Below, in pieces: positions 56,201-64,000 of a stretch of 64,000 nt of DNA. Position numbers and translations under genes: made by a program. The notes below the pieces were generated by a model. The model saw nothing but the letters and a program-made list of their open reading frames with translations. It ran no database searches and had not been told where the DNA came from. Source of the DNA: Candidatus Eiseniibacteriota bacterium (GTDB lineage: Bacteria; Eisenbacteria; RBG-16-71-46; JABDJR01); the NCBI GenBank assembly GCA_963762255.1, contig CAVXKA010000003.1:160001-224000 (forward strand), read 5' to 3'. Position 1 is the first letter of the stretch. Each line of letters begins with the position of its first letter.

Positions 56201-58662
56201 AGCACCGCGGGAACCGTCCAAGTCCCTTCATCGGCCGTCACGGTAAGCGTGACGCGCACCGTGGTGCGGTCCCCCACCGAGGGCGCCACCTGCACCTCGA
56301 ACGGAAAGCCCGCTTCCGCGTCCGCGGAGAGGGAGAGCGGCCCTCCGGGAAGAGCGGTGAACACGAGCGACTCACCTTCCCCGACCGAGCTCACCGTGAG
56401 CCCGTTCAGCGCAGCGCTGCCTCGGTTCCGCACGCGGTACTCCACCCTCGCACGTTCCCCAGCCTCGAGCCGCCCGTCGCCGTTTGCCGGCGACAGCGCG
56501 AGGTCGTCGATCACCGTACCGGCGAGCACCGGGTAGCCGGCGGTGGGGGGGGTGACCGAGATGTCGGCGAGGTACGGAAGTCGGTCCGGGGCCACCGCGG
56601 TGATTTGCAGCGTCCCGGTAGTCTGTGGCCGCGTGACCAGCGTGGCCGACCCCGAGGCGTCGGTGAGCGCGGAGGCGAAGGTCTCGCCGTTCTTGAACAG
56701 CGTGACCCGCGCACCGGCCACGGGTGCGCCCCCCTCGCGCACCGTGATCAGAATCGTGCGCTCTCCCAGAGCGAACGCGGCGGGGTGAGTGACGGTCAGC
56801 GCCCCGGGCCGGCGTGTCCAGATCGCCATGTGCGGATCCCCGAGATAGATCAGGGTGAACTGCATCCAGCGGTTGGAGGTGTCCGCCGTCGAGAGCGATA
56901 TGAACGGGAGCTTGGCCAGTGAGGCCGCCTTGCCCAGCCGCTCCGCATCGCCATCGGTGTCGGGAGTGGGCGGGAAGACCAAGCGACAAAACTCGAGGTC
57001 GTAGTCGTGGCTCGTGCCCGGAAAATCGTAGCGAGTCGCCCCCAGGCAGGCCACCGCGCCGCCTTGAGGGCAGAAGATGAGATGCTCGGCAATGCAATCG
57101 AAGTCGAAGGCGGCGGAGGTGCAGTTGATGGCGTAGAGCACCGACTGCCGACCGGCATTCTGCAGCGCATCGGCGTGCGAGATCACGATCGAATGGCCTC
57201 CGCGGCCCACTGCCATGTTGTTGTAGTACCCGTGGCCGACGTGGTGGAGGAGACCGTATCCCCGGTCGATTTCCTCCAGCACCGTGGAGATGGTCTCCAC
57301 CTCCGCTCCCTCGAATGGGACGTTGTTCTCGTAGAGGCGCTTGATCTTGAAGTTCGAAGGCAGATAGCTGACGGTCTCCTCGGAAAGCACCGCCCCATCG
57401 AAGAGCGCGGGTTCGGACGGGGACCAGTTCTGCGGCGTGATGACCTCCGCGAGCATGAGAGCGGAGGCGGGGTAGTCTTCGTCGACCGGGGGGGCGATTT
57501 CGTAGGTGAGCACCTTGTCCACGGCGATCCGGGCCTCTTCGGCGGTGTGCGAAGGCAGGCGTCCGATCCAGACATCGGGAACCAGGTCCGCGTCGTCCCC
57601 CGGCTTCGCAACGGTCGCGTAGCCCTCGCCGAATTCCAGGTTGCCGTTCCGGTTCCAGTTCCCATCCAGGCACTGGAAATACAAGTCGGTGGGAATGGAC
57701 TCCCCGGTGTAGTACTTGGTACGTCCGTACCGCGCCGGCAAAGTGGGCGCGTCCCCGCCGAGGAGCACCCATTCGGTTCCCCAAAAGGTGACCGCGTCCT
57801 TGATGAAGTTCCGGATCCGCTCGGGGTGATCGGCACCCTCGGGGTAGTTCTGGCGGATCCACTCCACCGTCCGTACCACCGTCGGGACACCTGCCCGGGT
57901 CTTCCAATCGGCGAGTCGCTGGTACTCCGCCGCCATCGCCTCCGACGTGATGATCACGTAGTCGACGGGGCTCCCATCGATCGACGGGTTCGAGAGCGGT
58001 TGAAAAGCCGCCCCTTCTTCCTCAAGTCGGCGTTCGGAGGATGGCACCGGCCGCGGCGGCGCCGCGCGTCCGGGATCCAGGTCGACGACACGCCCTCGCA
58101 GTTCGCCGGACCTAACCCCGGCCCGACCGCGCCGCGGCTGCACCACGTCGCGCGCGTCGTCGGTCTCGAGGCGGAGCGCCAGGGTGATCCTCGTGACCAG
58201 CTCCCACGAACCGTCCTGGAGCCGACGAAGCGGAGCTACGCTCAATCCGTCCACTCGATCGCCGCGCAGATATCCCCCCGGCCCCGCGATCGCCAGGTCG
58301 TCTTGGGGCATCTCGCCGGTGCTCACCGCGGACTCGCCCGGGAATCGAAACACCGCCACCGCACCCGGCGGCCTTACGGGCACGCTGGTGGCGGCGAGGA
58401 CGGACACCGAGGCCACCCGAGTCCCGGCGGGCGGAAGCACTGTCACCGGGAGGAGAGGGATATCCCAACTTCCCGGCACTGAAGCCGGGAAAGCGCCGGT
58501 GATCGTCGCGCGGAACCCGCCGTCCCCCTGAATCCATCCAAGATCCCCGAGAGGGATCTCGATCTCGACCACCCCGGCTCCGGGCGTTCCGTGCACCGGA
58601 TCGTGAGTGGCCACCAGGAGAGAGAGTAGAAACGCGCCGAGAAGAAGCCTTCGATACATCAT
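53290..58662 (-). CDS. C25 gingipain-like cysteine protease with Ig/FN3 domains, FG-GAP propeller and FlgD-type CTD
   Basis: YVIIT, VLLGGD, TDLYF, IGRLP, HVGHG, AINC, LGDP; DLDGDG/GWP repeats; PNPF..WDG. Confidence 0.88.
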   Translation of the reverse strand: MMYRRLLLGAFLLSLLVATHDPVHGTPGAGVVEIEIPLGDLGWIQGDGGFRATITGAFPASVPGSWDIPLLPVTVLPPAGTRVASVSVLAATSVPVRPPGAVAVFRFPGESAVSTGEMPQDDLAIAGPGGYLRGDRVDGLSVAPLRRLQDGSWELVTRITLALRLETDDARDVVQPRRGRAGVRSGELRGRVVDLDPGRAAPPRPVPSSERRLEEEGAAFQPLSNPSIDGSPVDYVIITSEAMAAEYQRLADWKTRAGVPTVVRTVEWIRQNYPEGADHPERIRNFIKDAVTFWGTEWVLLGGDAPTLPARYGRTKYYTGESIPTDLYFQCLDGNWNRNGNLEFGEGYATVAKPGDDADLVPDVWIGRLPSHTAEEARIAVDKVLTYEIAPPVDEDYPASALMLAEVITPQNWSPSEPALFDGAVLSEETVSYLPSNFKIKRLYENNVPFEGAEVETISTVLEEIDRGYGLLHHVGHGYYNNMAVGRGGHSIVISHADALQNAGRQSVLYAINCTSAAFDFDCIAEHLIFCPQGGAVACLGATRYDFPGTSHDYDLEFCRLVFPPTPDTDGDAERLGKAASLAKLPFISLSTADTSNRWMQFTLIYLGDPHMAIWTRRPGALTVTHPAAFALGERTILITVREGGAPVAGARVTLFKNGETFASALTDASGSATLVTRPQTTGTLQITAVAPDRLPYLADISVTPPTAGYPVLAGTVIDDLALSPANGDGRLEAGERARVEYRVRNRGSAALNGLTVSSVGEGESLVFTALPGGPLSLSADAEAGFPFEVQVAPSVGDRTTVRVTLTVTADEGTWTVPAVLDVSAPELKVYDLEVRELQGDGDGIAEAGESVGVVPQLVNRGSGGSLDLTASLSFVDPQDATILDGTASFAWIPAGIVRSATEDPPFQVLLGPGATMPRLRLVVNDGGTNRFDSVLDLVKPLAPTPGFARGAESSITLTWTASTSPDVARYVVYHSIAAAGPFERLSGFEANPFTFFVDEPLPGLAIRYYRVAAQDSSGNLSAQSAVIRGTAALPLAAGFPLAANQGTQASPLVADLDGDGVQDVITGREQIYAFHGDGSEVWDGDADARTMGVWSSRPTVAIGYWASPSAADLDGDGRLELVGVSRGEGEVVVWDSFGRLLPGWPRYAWTGDVSRISTPVLADVTGDGLPEIFFQGVKGLWGFDRFGNELRDGDSDPATYGIFHRTEGVYSYGSVAAADLDGDGREEIVLGTRVDGVPTSESYMGRIHVLDDDGTPFPGWPIATRGAITSSPALADLNRDGKIDIIITTGSDSVEVRGLDGKSLPGWPKSAYVQNQDLMPSPAVADVDNDGTLEVISVSGNGVANLWRADGTSFSGFPVFFLDEIGRLMSSRGSPSVANLDEDDDLEIVWGNRTGWIIAVNKDASYVDGFPLKTDSPMDGGVLVTDLDGDGLNEVVISGFDRGIYVFRSKGRVVANAGWPMFRHDPRRTGYVGAPQREAVEPRLALGLLQGAQLPEFLSITVVSTKELVNPAAVTLDGVSLAVSVADAARRFYRASATLTVGTHRVVVTATAKDGRTARTERSLDVLGAPQSLGWMEARQAEVAVWAGGLGGWPDLLLVQRMSGTSLSEDGIPPGDGERVQVGPVGSAAPPGTQVRFAVPAEWAGAAVTWWDGAAWRPVTLSAWSSGSATVPAANFGWYRLNASGTVHVEPRPALAVSAAAPNPFSASTRIAFALSSEARVRLEIFDVRGRKVKILADRVFPDGDHEVGWDGGDDAGRPAPAGVFFVRVVAGKERAVQRIVRLGGGGER

Positions 58663-58767
58663 TGGACCACCCGCTCGCTAGGGACGTGAGGCAGGTCAGG
58701 GATGCGGGCAAGAGTATCAAGGGAGCGAGCGCCGCACCAGACCCGGCAGGCGCGGCGCCCACCGGGA

Positions 58768-61700
58768 TCAGGGCAGGGCGATCAGTTTTCGGGTGACCGA
58801 AGTGTGGCCCGAACGCAACCGCGAGAAGTACACGCCCGCTCCCACGCGCCGTCCAGCGGCATCCGACCCGTCCCAGGTGACCACGTAATCGCCTGCCGCA
58901 TGCCGGCCGCGCGCGAGAGTAACGACCCGCCGGCCGAGAGCGTCGAACACGGTGAGATCAACATCCGTATCGCCTTGGCCTCCCTCGGGAATCCGGAAGC
59001 GGATGGTGGTCCCGGCTGAGAAGGGATTGGGAAATCCCGGCGCAAGCGCGATCGGGGGACTCGGGCTCTCCGCTCCGGGAACCGCCGTGACCACCCAGAC
59101 CGGCTCCCCCACCAGCCCGGTACGGCGGCTGTCGTGGTGGAACATCGGCCAGGGTTGATTATCGGGATCGAAGGCCCCCGGAGATGTCCAGACGAACAGA
59201 TGCTGGTCCAAGCTGTGGGCGACTACCTCGGTGAATCCGTCATTGTCGATGTCCCACAGCACCGGACCGCCATCGACCCGGTTCCCGGTCGCAATCGGGA
59301 ACCCCTCCACGGGAGTGGCGTTCACGTTGTATGCATAGACATTACCGTCACTTCCACCGAAACATATTTCGTATTGTGAGTCCCCGTCGAGATTACCGAC
59401 CGCCGGAGAGCTCGAAAGCCCGATCCTCGCGCCGGCCGCGTCGTAGAGCACGAATCCCCACCCGGGGAAGAGCTGTCCGCTCTGGCCATGCCACAGATAC
59501 ACGGTCCCGTTCCCCGCGCAGAGAGCGACGTCCAGATATCCGTCGCCGTCCATGTCTGCGAGCGCGGGGGAAGCGTCATAGTCGCGATTCATATTCGCAC
59601 CCAGCGGCCAGCCCGGCGGCTGCTGAAGATTCGCGTTCACGGCGAACACCTTCAGATTCGAGCTGGCGAAAACGATTTCCTTCCAGCCGTCGTTGTCCAG
59701 ATCGCCAATCGCCGGCGAGTTCGTGATGTCGCCGCCGCTGACGTACGGAAATCCCGGCAGCGCGGTCCCATCCGGGTTCATCACATAGAGCTTGCCATCC
59801 CGCGAGCCGACGACGATCTCGGGCATCCCGTCGTTGTCGACGTCCCCGACCGCCGGTGTGCCGTAGTTTGCGGCGGTCCCCATGACGAGGAAGACGCCCA
59901 GGGTTGCCGGGTTGTGGTCCCCGTCCAGGAACTCGGTCCCGTCGTGATGGAAGGCGAACGTGTACGCGGCCGCATTGATGAGGATCTCCAGGTCCCCGTC
60001 GCCGTCGAGGTCGGCGAGGGTGGGAGCGCTCCACACGGCCGGACTCGGAAGTCCGCCGGGGTTGATCTGTCTCGGCCATCCGGGCTTCGCGCCGCCATGC
60101 GAGCTCCAGACGTAGAGCAGAGCGGTTTGGAACCCCGCGGCAACGATGTCCTGGACCCCGTCATTCTCGAGATCGGCCACAGCCGGGGGCGTCCAGAACG
60201 GCCCGAACCCCGTGCCCCCGAACACGCCGTAGGTCTGGGCGTTGTTGTCGCCGTCCAGGAGCTCGGTCCCGTCGTGCCGAACCGCGTACACCTCGCCGGC
60301 CCCGGTGACGAGTTCCGCCTTGGCATCGCCACTCAGGTAGGCCAAGCAGGGTGAGCACGGGGTCGAGGCATCCAGATCCAAGGGAAAGCCCTCGGCTGCC
60401 GGAATGCTCGTCGTGGCCTGCGCCACTCCCGATGCGGTGCCCTGGTTTCCGGAAGAGTCGACCGCTGCCACCCTGTAGTAGAAGCGCGTCATGGCGGGAA
60501 GCCCCTCGTCACGGAAATACGAGGTCCGGTCTGTCGGCAGTTCGTTGACCTTTGTGAACGGCCCTGCAAGGCTCAATGAGCGGTAGATGTTGTAGCCGCC
60601 CACCTCACCTCCGACCGCCGCCCATCTCAGGTCGATGCTGGTGGCGCTCCCGCTTGCGACCAACGAGGCGGGAACCGCCGGAGGGGCGATGTTGACGGTT
60701 CGGGTAAGCACGGTCCCCCGCTGATCGCTCACCGTCAGAAGGAGCGCGTGAGTCAGGCTTGTGTCGCTGAAGCGGAGCAGGAATCCATCCCCCCCGTGCC
60801 CAGCCCCCGCTTCGAGATCGCCGTAGAACGATGTGGGGTCCGAGATCTGTACCGCCGGATCGGCGCTCGACAACACGGCAGTGAGGCCCAGGGATCGTCC
60901 GAGTCCCAGATTGCGCAGGTAGAAACGTACATGCAGGTCTTCGTTGGCTTCCAGCGTGCCGTTACCGTTTCCGTTTCCGGCGGTGTCGCGCACGGCGGCG
61001 GCGTAGAGCCGCAAATTGGGACTTCCCACGTACAGCGCCATCGCTTCCTGGCGGGAGTACGCTCCCGAGCTCAGCGAAATCGTCATGCTCAGCGCGCTCA
61101 CGTCGGGGATCGACGCCCCCGCGGCGACCGTGAGCGGATCGGTGCAAAGGGCCGTCCCCCCCGCGGGGACCAGCGGGCATGAAGCGCCGGAATCGATCAC
61201 GGTGATGCCCGGCGGAGCGGTCACCACCGAAACGGAAACCGAACCACCGTCGGCGAGCCCTCGATTCCCGAGGGTCAGATACAGCGACGCGCTCTCCCCC
61301 GCCTCGAGGCGACTGTCTCCATCTCCCCCCGCCGTGTCGTCCACGACAACATCGGCCGCGAAGAGATGCGGGCCCGAGGGCGCCACGATCGAAAGCGAGT
61401 CGACGCGGCAGCGGTAGTTGTGCGCCCTCACGCCCAAGCTCAGGTTTCCGGGCAGATCCGGGTCGAAGGCGACCGTCGCAAGACCGTCGGGGCCGGTGAC
61501 GCCGTAGCCGTAGGCGTCCTCGGTCTTGTTGAGGCAGACCGTGGCCCCCGGGACTGGGTTTCCGCCGCTCGTCACCGAGACGGTATAGCTCTGGCGGCCG
61601 AGTTCCAGCGGCTCCAACACGGAGGCGGCAAGGGTCCCCACGGGGCCCGTGTAAATGTCCATGGTGGGATCCCCCATGCAGATCAGGCTGAACTGGGTCC

Positions 61701-63477
61701 ACCGATGGTCGCCGTCCTTGCTCGAACTTGCGATGAAAGGAAGCTTCTGCCTCGCCGAAGCCTCGCCCAGATGCGTGACCCCCTGCGTATACAGGAGGCT
61801 GAAGAACTCATCCTGGTAGTACCGCCCCGTCTCGGGAAAATCGAGCCGGGTGGATCCAATCGAGCCCGCCACACCCCCGCCGGGATTGCGCACGAAATGC
61901 TCGGCGATGCAGTCGAAGTCGAAGGCCGAGGAGGTGCAGTTGATGGCGTAGAGGATCCCCTGACGCACGGTGTTGTAGAAATAATCGGCGTCACCGTTCG
62001 TCAACGCCTCGCCGTTGAGCCCCACCGCCATCGTGTTCCTGTAGCCATGTCCCACATGCAGGATCAGGTTGTAGCCCTGATTGATTTGCGTGATCACCGC
62101 AGGTTTGGACTCCAGCACGGCTCCTGCGTACTCGGTGTAGTTCTCGTACATCCGGTAGGGGGTCACGGACCCGGTCATGGCGACGGCGGTAGTCTCGCAG
62201 ACAGCCGCTCCGTCGAAGATCACCGTATCTCCAAGGCTCCAGTTCTGCGGGAAGAGCATCTCGCCGAGAAGGAGCGCATGATCCCCGAAGCCCGGCCCTG
62301 TGGGGACGAGCGTGTCGTATCTGATCGCCTTGCTGACGAAGGCGTCCGCCTCAGCCCCGGTTCGCGTCGGGGCCCTGCCGATCCACACCTCGGGGTAGAG
62401 ATCGGCGCCGTCACCGGTGACGGATGAGTTCACGTACCCTTCACCGAAAAGATCGTTGCCGTTCCGGTTCCAGTTTCCATCCAGGCACTGGAAATAGAGG
62501 TCGGTAGGGATCATCTCGCCGCCGAAGTAGTAGGTCTTGCCATAGCGATGAGGAAGGACTTCGGTGTCCCCCCCCAGCAGCACGTACTCAATCCCCCATT
62601 TCTGCACCGCCTCGCGAATGAAGTTGCGCAGATCTTCTGCGTGATCGAGGCCCCGGGGATAGTTGGCGAAGATCCAGGACGTTGTGCGGACCACGGTCGG
62701 GATGCCGAGCGCGGTCCTCCAATCGGCCAACCTCTGAAACGAAGGAGCGAGATCGTCGCTCGTGATGACCAGATACCGGACCGGGGAACCATCCTCGGAT
62801 GGGACGAATCGCGGGGAGAACGGCCCTCCGCCGTTCACGAGCGGGGCGAGAATCGAGGCGGCGGAGCCGATCCGTTCCCCGGATCTCGAGGCGATCCTGG
62901 CGGCGGCGGAATCGAAGGCATCCACAGCGTCCCAACGGACTTCGCGGGCGCGGATCGGCGCATCGTGATCGGGTGCGAATTCGAGGGTAAGGCGAATCCG
63001 CTCCGCAGCGACCATGGAACCGTCGCCCGGCACCCATTGCACCGGCCGAATCTCGACGGTCTCGAGCCGGCGGCCACGCAGATAGCCACCCTCCGTCGCC
63101 ACCGCCCACTCCTGTTCAAGAGTGGACCCGGGGGCCGAAGGTGGCGGCACGCTCGCGCTCCACGCCGGCGAACCCTTGACCGTGAGGCGCCGTTCACCGA
63201 ACGCACTTGCACGCACCGCGACGAGCCTCATCCCCGACGGGGCCTGGAACGTCACGCGATCGACGGGGAGCATGGCTCCTGACCCGGCATCCTCCGTCCC
63301 GGCGCCCGGTAGGCTGACCCTCGGTGACGACGCATCTCCGACGACCTGCAATCCCGAGAGGTCATACGTTCGCTCGATGCTGGTCGAGGTACCCGACGCT
63401 GTGGGCGATGCGGGCAAGAACGGGAGCAGCGCGGCGACGAGCGCGCACAATAGAACCACCCTGGGGGAAGGGTGCAT
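58768..63477 (-). CDS. C25 gingipain-like cysteine protease, paralog of 53290..58662
   Basis: Same motifs (VLLGGD, TDLYFQCLDGNWNRNGN, HVGHG, AINCTS, MGDP), FG-GAP repeats, FPNPF..WDG..GVYF. Confidence 0.88.
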   Translation of the reverse strand: MHPSPRVVLLCALVAALLPFLPASPTASGTSTSIERTYDLSGLQVVGDASSPRVSLPGAGTEDAGSGAMLPVDRVTFQAPSGMRLVAVRASAFGERRLTVKGSPAWSASVPPPSAPGSTLEQEWAVATEGGYLRGRRLETVEIRPVQWVPGDGSMVAAERIRLTLEFAPDHDAPIRAREVRWDAVDAFDSAAARIASRSGERIGSAASILAPLVNGGGPFSPRFVPSEDGSPVRYLVITSDDLAPSFQRLADWRTALGIPTVVRTTSWIFANYPRGLDHAEDLRNFIREAVQKWGIEYVLLGGDTEVLPHRYGKTYYFGGEMIPTDLYFQCLDGNWNRNGNDLFGEGYVNSSVTGDGADLYPEVWIGRAPTRTGAEADAFVSKAIRYDTLVPTGPGFGDHALLLGEMLFPQNWSLGDTVIFDGAAVCETTAVAMTGSVTPYRMYENYTEYAGAVLESKPAVITQINQGYNLILHVGHGYRNTMAVGLNGEALTNGDADYFYNTVRQGILYAINCTSSAFDFDCIAEHFVRNPGGGVAGSIGSTRLDFPETGRYYQDEFFSLLYTQGVTHLGEASARQKLPFIASSSKDGDHRWTQFSLICMGDPTMDIYTGPVGTLAASVLEPLELGRQSYTVSVTSGGNPVPGATVCLNKTEDAYGYGVTGPDGLATVAFDPDLPGNLSLGVRAHNYRCRVDSLSIVAPSGPHLFAADVVVDDTAGGDGDSRLEAGESASLYLTLGNRGLADGGSVSVSVVTAPPGITVIDSGASCPLVPAGGTALCTDPLTVAAGASIPDVSALSMTISLSSGAYSRQEAMALYVGSPNLRLYAAAVRDTAGNGNGNGTLEANEDLHVRFYLRNLGLGRSLGLTAVLSSADPAVQISDPTSFYGDLEAGAGHGGDGFLLRFSDTSLTHALLLTVSDQRGTVLTRTVNIAPPAVPASLVASGSATSIDLRWAAVGGEVGGYNIYRSLSLAGPFTKVNELPTDRTSYFRDEGLPAMTRFYYRVAAVDSSGNQGTASGVAQATTSIPAAEGFPLDLDASTPCSPCLAYLSGDAKAELVTGAGEVYAVRHDGTELLDGDNNAQTYGVFGGTGFGPFWTPPAVADLENDGVQDIVAAGFQTALLYVWSSHGGAKPGWPRQINPGGLPSPAVWSAPTLADLDGDGDLEILINAAAYTFAFHHDGTEFLDGDHNPATLGVFLVMGTAANYGTPAVGDVDNDGMPEIVVGSRDGKLYVMNPDGTALPGFPYVSGGDITNSPAIGDLDNDGWKEIVFASSNLKVFAVNANLQQPPGWPLGANMNRDYDASPALADMDGDGYLDVALCAGNGTVYLWHGQSGQLFPGWGFVLYDAAGARIGLSSSPAVGNLDGDSQYEICFGGSDGNVYAYNVNATPVEGFPIATGNRVDGGPVLWDIDNDGFTEVVAHSLDQHLFVWTSPGAFDPDNQPWPMFHHDSRRTGLVGEPVWVVTAVPGAESPSPPIALAPGFPNPFSAGTTIRFRIPEGGQGDTDVDLTVFDALGRRVVTLARGRHAAGDYVVTWDGSDAAGRRVGAGVYFSRLRSGHTSVTRKLIALP

Positions 63478-63511
63478 CGTGGCGGTCTCCTTGAGGAGCT
63501 ATGGTAGGTCC

Positions 63512-63568
63512 AAAAACGACAAAAGCCGGCCTGGATGCAGGCCCAATGAACCTGCCCCAGAGACCGGC
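63512..63568 (-). terminator. Terminator-like hairpin within the 5' leader of the C25 tandem
   Basis: Minus strand GCCGG..CTGG..GCAGG-loop-CCTGC..CCAG.CCGGC followed by TTTTGTCGTTTTT. Confidence 0.55.
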
Positions 63569-63638
63569 GCGACTGAACTCGGGACGACGGGCGCAGGAAC
63601 TGAGGCTGTGGAATCGCAGGCCCCGAGCAAGGTACGTC

Positions 63639-63667
63639 ATTTTATCAGACCCACGGGGTGCTGTCAA
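63639..63667 (-). promoter_or_regulatory. Strong sigma70-like promoter of the C25 tandem
   Basis: Minus strand TTGACA-N17-TAAAAT with TG extension. Confidence 0.7.
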
Positions 63668-63776
63668 AGCAACCCGGGCGCGCCTCCCACTTGTCCCTGC
63701 GCGCCAGGACCGCTCATACTGGACGTCAGCGTCGTCGATCGTCGTCCCGTGACCGCTCGGAGGACCGTCCGCAACC

Positions 63777-64000
63777 ATGACCTCGCACCAGCACGCCCAC
63801 CCACGTTCGGTCCGCCCCTGGACGCTTTCCCCGCTCGCCGCACTCGCTCTGCTTGTTGCCGCGTCCGGACCCGTGTCCGCCCGTTTCGCTCAGCCGGATT
63901 CGGCGTTTCTGCACTCTGAAGTGGCGGAGGTCAGGCGCTTGGTGCAGGAGGACTCTCTGACGGCATCGACTCCTCGCCGGGCCGTCGAGACGATTCGTCA
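63777..64000 (+). CDS. Exported hypothetical protein (partial; runs off the right edge)
   Basis: GGAGG upstream; MTSHQHAHPRSVRPWTLSPLAALALLVAASGPVSA signal-like N-terminus; frame open to the window end. Confidence 0.5.
   Translation, partial: MTSHQHAHPRSVRPWTLSPLAALALLVAASGPVSARFAQPDSAFLHSEVAEVRRLVQEDSLTASTPRRAVETIR

Noticed and set aside
53290-63477. Recurring GCCGTCGCCGTC-type repeats as a CRISPR or other DNA repeat array
   Set aside because: They encode DxDGDG FG-GAP protein repeats, with irregular spacing and no cas genes.

Overview
A GC-rich bacterial chromosomal window. It mixes housekeeping genes (accA, dnaE, pyrE, tatA, tkt, thyA-folA, fused kgd/sucA, glnS, gltX, tRNA-Gln, tRNA-Glu) with a dense set of large secreted proteins carrying type IX secretion (T9SS)-like C-terminal domains (CTDs). 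These include a porU-porV pair heading a tightly coupled operon (M6 protease, two DUF5683-like paralogs, an NHL lipoprotein), an S8 protease, two tandem gingipain-like C25 proteases and a PPC/cohesin protein. This combination suggests a non-Bacteroidota FCB-group lineage such as Eisenbacteria, Latescibacterota or Krumholzibacteriota (inference only). The best leads are: the extended PorU/PorV operon; a switch-like 5' leader ahead of the C25 tandem; a lipoprotein gene with a C-terminal TWG motif flanked by degenerate direct repeats; a PspA-less SPFH/zinc-ribbon operon; a LysR-membrane protein-HerA/DUF87 ATPase operon; and an AT-rich palindrome inside a rapA-like gene. No CRISPR array, rRNA, integrase or transposase was seen. 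All calls come from reading motifs by eye; no database searches were run.
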